From a virus (Duplodnaviria > Heunggongvirae > Uroviricota > Caudoviricetes), in the IMG/VR virus record IMGVR_UViG_2778261227_000014: a stretch of DNA of 35,370 nt; one strand, given 5' to 3'. Position 1 is the first letter of the stretch. Each line of letters opens with the position of its first letter. A program made the translations under genes and the position numbers. The notes beneath the pieces were generated by a model. That model did no database searches, had not been told where the DNA came from, and saw only the letters and a program-made list of their open reading frames with translations. This document shows positions 1 through 6,453 of this stretch, piece after piece.

Positions 1-62
1 GGTATCCGTTCTGCTGAAGTGTCATGGCGTTGATTTTACGGTGACTCTTCGACAGTGAAAAG

Positions 63-83
63 AAAAAAGGCCGCAGAGCGGCC
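63..83 (-). terminator. Candidate rho-independent terminator for the leftward int-side operon
   Basis: Hairpin ggccgc-aga-gcggcc at 69-83 preceded on the + strand by A6 (63-68), i.e. followed by a T-run on the - strand, about 110 bp downstream of the 193 stop. Confidence 0.4.
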
Positions 84-192
84 ATAAACACAAACAAAAA
101 TCAATAAGTTAGATAATTATCAAAAACTTACAGACACACAAAAACACAGCCAACCACAACAAATAACATAGATGTGGTCACTTTGTGGATCA

Positions 193-741
193 TCATCCAA
201 CAAATTTAGCAACAAATACAGCAACCGCCGCCGTGAAAATGGTTGTGCATACTGGCACAATAATGCCACTCCAACGCCACTTCGTATTATCATCAACCTT
301 GTCAAACCGCCGATTCATCTCATCCATAATCTTGTCAAAGCGTTTATCCATCGCTTCGGTAATCTCACCCTTCAGGCTGTTAATGTCTGATTTGATCTGA
401 TCTTTCAGGTGAGCTGTATCAGATTTAAGCTCCCCTTTCAGATTCGCAATATCGCATTTAAGATCACCTTTCAGATGTGCTGTGTCTGCTTTGAGCTCAC
501 CTTTCACCTCACCAACATCGGCTTTGGTTGAAAGGTTTGTAGTGCGTTCAGCAAGCGTCGCAAGGTCGTTTCTTGTTAGCGATAAATCACCTTCGAGTCG
601 CTCAATTCGCCTTTCAAGTTTATCTGACATTCCACCTCCACTATTACCGCCTCCTCCACTGAAAGATGGGTCATCATCAAAAGAGTTGCTAATGCCATCA
701 CGAATGGGGGTTACGCCATGCCCGCTTTTAGCACACGCCAC
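193..741 (-). CDS. Coiled-coil protein with about 11-residue repeats (LKGELKxDxAH) and a C-terminal hydrophobic anchor; function unknown
   Basis: Six-frame ORF; GTG at 741 immediately follows the upstream stop; alternative ATG at 630 preceded by a GGAGG-like stretch (which also encodes a Gly-rich linker). Repeats LKGELKADTAH/LKGDLKCDIAN/LKGELKSDTAH/LKDQIKSDINS, C-terminal IIVPVCTTIFTAAVAVFVAKFVG. Confidence 0.5.
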   Translation of the reverse strand: MACAKSGHGVTPIRDGISNSFDDDPSFSGGGGNSGGGMSDKLERRIERLEGDLSLTRNDLATLAERTTNLSTKADVGEVKGELKADTAHLKGDLKCDIANLKGELKSDTAHLKDQIKSDINSLKGEITEAMDKRFDKIMDEMNRRFDKVDDNTKWRWSGIIVPVCTTIFTAAVAVFVAKFVG

Positions 742-1140
742 TCAGATTCCCTCCCAAACTATATATCCTTTATCTCTTGCCCAACGAACAACTGTGTGAG
801 CTGTATATGTGGATGTGAAGCCGCAATAAGAACATGACACTTCATACCGGAAATTGTAGATGCTAATGGGGCCGTTATCCTTACGTATGGGAGTGACATA
901 TTCCCAATCTTTTGAACCATCATAATCATCAAGTTCATGATCAGTGCCGTGAACAACCGTATGTGGAACAAATAGATCTGGGCGTCCACACGAGAGACAA
1001 GAGGTTTTAGCACCTCTATCTGTGAGAAATTGAATAAATAATTTGGGCGTAATTTTCTGCAAGGCCTGCACATGCTCACGTTCCTTATCATTAAGAGGCC
1101 TGCCAAGATATAGAAAATCATCAAATTTAAGAGGCTTCAT
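742..1140 (-). CDS. Cys-rich (CxxC...CxxC) hypothetical protein, possible zinc-ribbon
   Basis: ORF with ATG at 1140 preceded by GGAG 9-12 nt upstream; the track start at 1155 is TTG. Overlaps the integrase 3' end by 14 nt. Contains CLSCG and CSYCG motifs. Confidence 0.5.
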   Translation of the reverse strand: MKPLKFDDFLYLGRPLNDKEREHVQALQKITPKLFIQFLTDRGAKTSCLSCGRPDLFVPHTVVHGTDHELDDYDGSKDWEYVTPIRKDNGPISIYNFRYEVSCSYCGFTSTYTAHTVVRWARDKGYIVWEGI

Positions 1141-2119
1141 ATACGGCTTCTCCAAGAGGATTAAATTTCACCGCATCCTGCAAGTAATCCGGCGCAAGAT
1201 GGGCATAAATCATCGTTGTCTGAATCTTTGCGTGCCCCAGAATTTTCTGGAGCGTCAGAATATTGCCGCCGTTCATCATGAAATGACTGGCGAAGGTGTG
1301 GCGCAGCGCATGAACAGCCTGGCCGTCAGGAACATCAGGTGCGACCGTTTTGATGACATCGCGAACCAATGAATAATCCAGCGTCGGAAACACCAGTTTC
1401 CCGCCCCGTTTTTTGATCTTTTCAAACAGGCTTTCAGAAATAGGAACGGTACGGTTTTTGCTGTTCTTCGTTTTTGAAAAAGTGATTCGACAATGAAGAA
1501 CGCGGCGCTGCTCCAGTGCCGCTACCTCGCCCCATCGCGCCCCGGTCGATAAAAGGATTTCGACAGCCAGCCGCTCATCGGGATTTTCAGCCAGTGCATC
1601 CAGCAACTGAACACATTCAGACTTACTCAGATATCCCATTTCGCGTTCGTTAACCTTCATTCCTTTCAGGCCTTGAATGGGGTTATCGTTAAGAAAATGG
1701 CCGGATGAGATGAGTGCGGTAAACATCGCGCTTAACGCCCCAATCTCTCGATTTATGGTGCTGGGCTGTATCCCCTGCTCTATCCTGGACACACGTAGCT
1801 CGGTGAGCATCGTTGTATTAAGTTTATGCACGCACGGGTCATCCATTGCCTCACTCAAGCGCAGCAATTTAAGGCGCGTGTTATGCCCTGACTTCATTAG
1901 CTGGCCGTGGTATTTCCACCACAAGTCAATAAGCACTGACAGCGGACGGCGATCAATGGAGTTTCCTTTCCACTCATTGTTATGCAGTTGTGCCAGCACC
2001 CACCGCTCATATAAAACTGCATCTGATTTCGTTTTAAATTTTTTTCGAATGCGTTTGCCTTTACGCCCCTCTGGGCGCATGTCAAGAAGATACCCTCCCG
2101 GAATTGATTTTATGCTCAT
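1127..2119 (-). CDS. int: Tyrosine recombinase, P2-type integrase
   Basis: 330 aa from ATG at 2119 (the track start at 2269 is an upstream in-frame extension). N-terminus MSIKSIPGGYLLDMRPEGRKGKRIRKKF resembles P2 Int; catalytic region contains ARWGE, HALRHTFASHF and LGHAKIQTTMIYAHL, the R...HxxR...Y signature of the family. Confidence 0.9.
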   Translation of the reverse strand: MSIKSIPGGYLLDMRPEGRKGKRIRKKFKTKSDAVLYERWVLAQLHNNEWKGNSIDRRPLSVLIDLWWKYHGQLMKSGHNTRLKLLRLSEAMDDPCVHKLNTTMLTELRVSRIEQGIQPSTINREIGALSAMFTALISSGHFLNDNPIQGLKGMKVNEREMGYLSKSECVQLLDALAENPDERLAVEILLSTGARWGEVAALEQRRVLHCRITFSKTKNSKNRTVPISESLFEKIKKRGGKLVFPTLDYSLVRDVIKTVAPDVPDGQAVHALRHTFASHFMMNGGNILTLQKILGHAKIQTTMIYAHLAPDYLQDAVKFNPLGEAVYEAS

Positions 2120-2168
2120 TCGTGAAACCCCAGCGTTACAAGACCACCATGCCCCCAGCGCTCCATGA

Positions 2169-2477
2169 TTAGCCGGGCTGTGTGCCAGTCTTGCGGGGTT
2201 TTTGAGAAGGCGATGTGCTTTTTGGCCCATCAGGGGAGAGAGACGGACTGATCTGCCCAGCAGCCTCATTTGTTTTTCCCGTCATAAGCCAATTCATGTA
2301 CTTAAAAAAGCGAGGGTGATTAACAATCTTGATAAGCACTTCGCCCCCTATGTTTTCAATCCGCCCCGTTTCATAACGACGCAAAGTGCCGATAGGCACA
2401 TCAATCAGGCCGCAAAATTCTTCGCGCGTTAAATCCTCTGATTCACGAATCACTCTAATTTTTTCACCGATAAGCAT
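2169..2477 (-). CDS. C: Immunity repressor, P2 C-like HTH protein
   Basis: About 102 aa from ATG at 2477. IRVIRESEDLTREEFCGLIDVPIGTLRRYETGR is a helix-turn-helix; overall pattern parallels P2 C. Divergent from the cox-like gene. Confidence 0.8.
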   Translation of the reverse strand: MLIGEKIRVIRESEDLTREEFCGLIDVPIGTLRRYETGRIENIGGEVLIKIVNHPRFFKYMNWLMTGKTNEAAGQISPSLSPDGPKSTSPSQKPRKTGTQPG

Positions 2478-2573
2478 TGACAGTGTTCCTATAAGTACAC
2501 TAAGCTTGCGCACAAGGTGTACTTATAAGTACACCAAGTCACAAACAACCACAGATAGCGCAGGTTATCACAC
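2478..2573. promoter_or_regulatory. Lysis/lysogeny switch region: divergent promoters and operator repeats
   Basis: Perfect 18-bp palindrome gtgtacttataagtacac at 2517-2534, and a direct copy of tataagtacac at 2490-2500 and 2524-2534, between the divergent C and cox-like genes. Confidence 0.6.
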
Positions 2574-2852
2574 ATGGCAAAAGTCCTGAACACACACGAA
2601 CAGGCAGACTTTGAGCGTTTAGCAGCGTTCTATCCCTACCGCGATGAGCATGGGTTACCAGTACTTGAAGAAAGCCTGAAAGATTACGCAAAGCGTACCA
2701 ACCAAGCTGTTAACACAGTGAAAAGACAGGCTGACAGAGGTTCAATTCCCATCAACCAAGATGAAAAGAACTCAAGACGCACAGTAAATCTCTTCGCTCT
2801 TTTCCTGAAAACAATCAGGAGCGCAGAAAAATACGTGCAGATGACAAAATAA
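2574..2852 (+). CDS. cox: Cox-like excisionase/early transcriptional regulator
   Basis: 92 aa; first gene transcribed away from the repressor. AKRTNQAVNTVKRQADRGSIPI parallels the HTH segment of P2 Cox (AKLIGKSTGAVRRMIDKGKLPVI, from memory). Confidence 0.6.
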   Translation: MAKVLNTHEQADFERLAAFYPYRDEHGLPVLEESLKDYAKRTNQAVNTVKRQADRGSIPINQDEKNSRRTVNLFALFLKTIRSAEKYVQMTK

Positions 2853-2866
2853 CGAGGTGTCATTTT

Positions 2867-3205
2867 ATGCTGAAGCAACGCCGTAATTTTCGTACCGGAA
2901 CAGAACGCCACGCTAACCGTTTCACTACCAGTGCATCACGCAGCAACATTCGCTACAGCCTGAGTGATACACACGCAACGCCGGATGGCTACCCAGTAAA
3001 ACAAATCGGCGAGCACGCCTGGCTGATTGAGAAAGCTGGAATCGTGATCCACAAATGCCCACGCAATCCGTTTACCGGAAACCGCATTTTTGCATTGAGC
3101 TGTGGCGACAATCAGTTCGGGCAGGATTTCACATTATACGAAGCACTTCGCACGGTTGATCGTCTGCTTCGCGGGCAAAGTTTTATTAAACAGGCTGATT
3201 TATAA
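2867..3205 (+). CDS. Hypothetical early protein
   Basis: 112-aa ORF with a GAGG upstream of the ATG, co-oriented in the early operon. Confidence 0.5.
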   Translation: MLKQRRNFRTGTERHANRFTTSASRSNIRYSLSDTHATPDGYPVKQIGEHAWLIEKAGIVIHKCPRNPFTGNRIFALSCGDNQFGQDFTLYEALRTVDRLLRGQSFIKQADL

Positions 3206-3215
3206 CAGGTGCTTT

Positions 3216-3530
3216 ATGACCAAAGACCATGCACAAGGTGTATTTATCCGTTTTATTGATTTTCGCGGTGAACTGTTATTACGTGCATCCGCTATTGACG
3301 GAGTGACTCCGGCGGGTAAAAACGGAGCCGACGAAGCCACTTACGTTTATCTGAACGGCACGCGCTGCTTGTGGAACTTCCGTACCAGACCGTACGAGAA
3401 ATCATTAGCGAAGCTGAAAAGGCACGCCATGTTAATGGCGATGAACCCTATATCGAAATTATTTGTATGGATTCAGAAGCTGAAATACAGAAAGCAGATT
3501 AAAGGGCGTTGTGATGGGCAAAGAATATAA
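3216..3530 (+). CDS. Hypothetical early protein
   Basis: ATG at 3216 with caggtg upstream; 104 aa; the track ORF 3102-3530 trimmed to the first ATG with an RBS. Confidence 0.45.
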   Translation: MTKDHAQGVFIRFIDFRGELLLRASAIDGVTPAGKNGADEATYVYLNGTRCLWNFRTRPYEKSLAKLKRHAMLMAMNPISKLFVWIQKLKYRKQIKGRCDGQRI

Positions 3531-3756
3531 AACTCTCATTAACAAAGCACTTGAGCGTTTTTATTTTCGCTTAAGTGCATCAGGCGCTCATGCTGAACGT
3601 GCGGCCCGTGACTCATTGACCAGAGCAATCCGAAGTCTGTATGACGTGGCTTTTTATGCTGATGATCTGGATGCACTTAACGAACTTTCCGAGCTGATCT
3701 GTGCCGCAGAATGCGGGGAACATATTGAACCGTATAAGCTGGGAAATATCGCATGA
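3514..3756 (+). CDS. Hypothetical early protein
   Basis: ORF in the early operon; GTG at 3511 and ATG at 3514 are both possible starts; overlaps the previous gene end. Confidence 0.45.
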   Translation: MGKEYKTLINKALERFYFRLSASGAHAERAARDSLTRAIRSLYDVAFYADDLDALNELSELICAAECGEHIEPYKLGNIA

Positions 3757-3890
3757 GTATATTTATCTCATGGCTTGTTCTGATTATTTCGGTGGTCTGC
3801 GCCATTGGGATTATGCGAATTATTAATTCAGTGAAAAAGATCGAGCGTTTTTCTCTGATGAATAACGATACAAATAAAGCATCAAATTAA
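3753..3890 (+). CDS. Small hydrophobic protein (45 aa), single predicted TM helix
   Basis: ATGA start/stop overlap with the upstream gene at 3753-3756; translation MSIFISWLVLIISVVCAIGIMRIINSVKK...; too short for the ORF track. Confidence 0.35.
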   Translation: MSIFISWLVLIISVVCAIGIMRIINSVKKIERFSLMNNDTNKASN

Positions 3891-3958
3891 ATAAGAAAAC
3901 GTGAAAACCATCCGTATTAACGGAGGTATTCGCACACGCAAATAACGGAGATACAAAA

Positions 3959-4369
3959 ATGCACGCAAAAGAAGAAGGTATCATCAGAGCACTGAAAGAA
4001 ATTTCAAAGACAGAAAACGAAGTAGCGAAAAAAGCCGTGGCAAATGCACATATGGACGTCGCAACCCACACACTGATAGTCGCAAGAGTCACGGCAGAAG
4101 CAGCCGAAATTATCGCAAAACAGGATGCTGAACTGGCGGTTCTCAGAACACAACCAGTCACCGGACTGGATTTGTCTAACACCGGACGCCTTATTTACAC
4201 AATTGGCTCGGAGCTACAGCGATACACCATTATCGCCGGATTACAGGATAAATACCTGATCACTCCTCACCCCATAAGGGAATCAGAAATTCTGACAAAT
4301 CTCCGCCTGATAGAACGCTCTCAAGCTGTATTCATTGATGACGCGCAACGTGCCGTATTTAACGCATAG
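3959..4369 (+). CDS. Hypothetical early protein
   Basis: 136-aa ORF, GGAG 8 nt upstream of the ATG. Confidence 0.55.
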   Translation: MHAKEEGIIRALKEISKTENEVAKKAVANAHMDVATHTLIVARVTAEAAEIIAKQDAELAVLRTQPVTGLDLSNTGRLIYTIGSELQRYTIIAGLQDKYLITPHPIRESEILTNLRLIERSQAVFIDDAQRAVFNA

Positions 4370-4392
4370 GGTTACTGGACAAAGGGGGCGCA

Positions 4393-4596
4393 ATGGCAAT
4401 TAAGCATTTTCCCGTCGTTCGCTTTACCTCCAGAGGGCGCGAATACGAGGTCGACGAACGCCTGATTACCACTATCGACAAACATCGTTCGGAAAAGGAT
4501 GCACACCACATCTACCTCACTGACGGCACTTACTTCTGCGCCACCAACGTGGCGCGAGTAAATCTTATCCGACAGGTACAGGAGCCACGCAGATGA
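4393..4596 (+). CDS. Hypothetical early protein
   Basis: 67-aa ORF, AAGGGGG upstream of the ATG, stop overlaps the next start (ATGA). Confidence 0.5.
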   Translation: MAIKHFPVVRFTSRGREYEVDERLITTIDKHRSEKDAHHIYLTDGTYFCATNVARVNLIRQVQEPRR

Positions 4597-4859
4597 CCAT
4601 TCTGGACTACATCGCTACTCATCCGGGGTGTAGCGGCGGAGAGATCGCCGCAGCACTGAATACCCCAACCACAGCCATTAATGCTGAGTTACGCCGACTT
4701 TGGCGCGGCGGCTTAGTCATCAGAACAAACCGCAGCACAGGTGGTCGCGCTCGCAAAACAGGAGGCCAGGCTTCTTACCACGTAAACCCGATGCCGTTCG
4801 GGTGTAGCAATCCACTTACTCACATGTTTAACCGGCTACTGAAGGAAGCCAGAGCATGA
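4593..4859 (+). CDS. Putative winged-helix DNA-binding protein
   Basis: 88 aa; LDYIATHPGCSGGEIAAALNTPTTAINAELRRLWRGGLV looks like a winged HTH; translationally coupled to the upstream gene. Confidence 0.5.
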   Translation: MTILDYIATHPGCSGGEIAAALNTPTTAINAELRRLWRGGLVIRTNRSTGGRARKTGGQASYHVNPMPFGCSNPLTHMFNRLLKEARA

Positions 4860-4924
4860 GCACCATCAACCACCAGGAATTACATCCATCATCATTTCCG
4901 AGATGCCAACAGGCTCTTCACAGT

Positions 4925-5392
4925 TCAGAAACTGCACAACCAGCAAATTAACCTTTCGGAGTAACGCAAATGTTCGCTGGCAGACAACCCAACAGATGCA
5001 CTCGCTTTGTTTTTTGCGGGCCTGACAAACGCTTTCATGTATGCGCTGTTCGTTTCTTCCAGATGCAGAATGCGCTCAATGAGGCGTTCAGTACTCATGA
5101 AATCCCTTTGCGTAATCAGACGAAGGTAGCTCTGTTTCTGCCAGCACGCCCATTCGGCAACGCACTCAAACTTACTGCAAAACCAGGAAAAAACAAAAAA
5201 CGCCAGCCCGCAAAGACTCATCAGGACGGGGAAACCTACGAGAAGAAAGGAGAATACCGCAGCAATCAGTGCCCCGGCGCGCAACACGGCAGCGGCTTTA
5301 TTGCTGAGTATGAAAACCATCTCTTCCAGCCAGTAGCTGTACCACAGATGGAAAAAAATCTTCTTGTCTGCTTGCTCCATAGCAACAGGCAT
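4925..5392 (-). CDS. Membrane protein (2 predicted TM helices plus C-terminal soluble domain), function unknown; antisense to the early operon
   Basis: ATG at 5392 with GGAGG 5-6 nt upstream on the - strand (the track start at 5398 is TTG). Hydrophobic stretches AAVLRAGALIAAVFSFLLVGFPVLM and LCGLAFFVFSWF. The overlapping + ORF 4970-6085 has non-protein-like composition. Confidence 0.55.
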   Translation of the reverse strand: MPVAMEQADKKIFFHLWYSYWLEEMVFILSNKAAAVLRAGALIAAVFSFLLVGFPVLMSLCGLAFFVFSWFCSKFECVAEWACWQKQSYLRLITQRDFMSTERLIERILHLEETNSAYMKAFVRPAKNKASASVGLSASEHLRYSERLICWLCSF

Positions 5393-5449
5393 AAACAACC
5401 TCCATTGTTAATAAACGCCGCTATCCTTCGGCGCATTCCATTTTTGCGC

Positions 5450-5485
5450 CGCGATTATACATACTTCAGCACGCAACACAAAAAC
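5450..5485 (-). promoter_or_regulatory. Candidate sigma70 promoter for the antisense membrane-protein gene
   Basis: On the - strand TTGCGT ... TGTATATAAT (perfect TATAAT, + coordinates 5454-5459, with upstream TG); spacing to the -35-like hexamer is short, so extended -10 usage is assumed. Confidence 0.35.
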
Positions 5486-5547
5486 CGCTTGCCAGCGCTC
5501 GTTGAGTCGGGTTACATTTCCGCTGCACCTCATAAAACGGGTGCCGG

Positions 5548-5733
5548 GATTCTCAACCCGCTGACTACACACGCGCACAACCGCGCCAGCGGTTTTTTTG
5601 TGCGTACTGTATTGCCACGTCTTATTCGCGTCAGAATTATGGCGGGGCGTACGGGGCCGACTTCGGTCGGGCCGGGATCGTGTGTAGCCGGTGTTGAGAA
5701 CCCCGTACGTCTCGCCACCCCGAGATTCTCAAC
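5548..5733. repeat. Three copies of the GATTCTCAAC motif (two direct, one inverted) around a GC-rich stem-loop region
   Basis: gattctcaac at 5548-5557 and 5724-5733; inverted copy gttgagaa at 5693-5700; cgtacgggg (5648-5656) complementary to ccccgtacg (5701-5709), enclosing the ccgac-ttcg-gtcgg hairpin at 5657-5670. Confidence 0.5.
5578..5599 (+). terminator. Candidate intrinsic terminator inside the early region
   Basis: aaccgc-gcca-gcggtt hairpin followed by T7 (ggtttttttg) on the + strand. Confidence 0.45.
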
Positions 5734-5778
5734 TCTGGATGGTGAGTTTTCAAAACTTACTATACACGAGGCCACGTC

Positions 5779-6009
5779 ATGGCAAACCGCAAGCAACAGC
5801 GCGCCCGCGCTGAGCGTATTCACATCCGCAGCGAAATCAACCGCAGACTTTTTCGCGCAACACGCGTCGCGCAAATCATGCACATCAATATGTTGCATGA
5901 GCGCAGCCACGCACTATCAAACATTTATTCCGCCTCTGTTTTCAGCTATCTGGCGGATGATCTGCACGAGCTTCAACAGCTCATCCAGCAGCAAAACAAA
6001 CTCCATTAA
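5779..6009 (+). CDS. Small basic protein, hypothetical
   Basis: 76-aa ORF, GAGG upstream of the ATG; N-terminus MANRKQQRARAERIHIRSEINRRLF is arginine-rich. Confidence 0.5.
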   Translation: MANRKQQRARAERIHIRSEINRRLFRATRVAQIMHINMLHERSHALSNIYSASVFSYLADDLHELQQLIQQQNKLH

Positions 6010-6081
6010 TTCCTGTTCCGGGCCTTTCCTGCACCTTGCGGCGGGAGGCCTTCGCACATCTGTAACAAGAGGATTGCCGCA

Positions 6082-6447
6082 ATGATTCTCGCCAACGACT
6101 TTCTTGAATACCTGCTCAACACAGAGCGTGATCTTGCCGCTCGCGTGCGTGATCGTTATGACATGTACCTGAAATCCCTGCCTGTACTGCAGCTCGCTGA
6201 CGGAAAGATTGTTATTGATGGTCGCTACATGATTGACAGCCACGAGGGAAATTACAGGCTTTACCGCATTGAAGGTGGCACCCCGTCCGTTATTGGCATT
6301 TACCAGCGCCCATCCTCTGCAATCGTCGATGTGATTGCCGACAGCATCCGCATCACACATCGCCATGCCGACACAGAAGACACCGTGCTGGAAATTCAGC
6401 GGCTGGCTACAGTCTGCCGCGACACCCTGAATGGCATGACGAAGTAA
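6082..6447 (+). CDS. Hypothetical protein immediately upstream of the replication gene
   Basis: 121-aa ORF, AAGAGGA 7 nt upstream of the ATG; stop 6 nt before the A start. Confidence 0.55.
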   Translation: MILANDFLEYLLNTERDLAARVRDRYDMYLKSLPVLQLADGKIVIDGRYMIDSHEGNYRLYRIEGGTPSVIGIYQRPSSAIVDVIADSIRITHRHADTEDTVLEIQRLATVCRDTLNGMTK

Positions 6448-6453
6448 ATCACT

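Noticed and set aside
1-192. Attachment site (attL) or tRNA integration target at the left edge
   Set aside because: No tRNA-like sequence, and no direct repeat shared with the right end (35040-35229), could be identified by eye, so no att call is made.
4856-4951. 31-aa + strand ORF after the winged-helix gene (MSTINHQELHPSSF...)
   Set aside because: Very short, no clear RBS, and it overlaps the 3' end of the - strand membrane-protein gene. Insufficient evidence.
5520-5720. Possible tRNA or tmRNA-like gene in the structured early region
   Set aside because: No 7-bp acceptor stem, canonical T-loop (GTTCRANYC) or cloverleaf could be assembled by eye; the stems fit a hairpin/terminator architecture instead.
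4970-6085. 371-aa + strand ORF spanning the antisense membrane gene and the structured region
   Set aside because: Low-complexity, non-protein-like composition; it overlaps a better-supported - strand gene (RBS plus promoter), a structured non-coding region and an intrinsic terminator. Judged a chance open frame.
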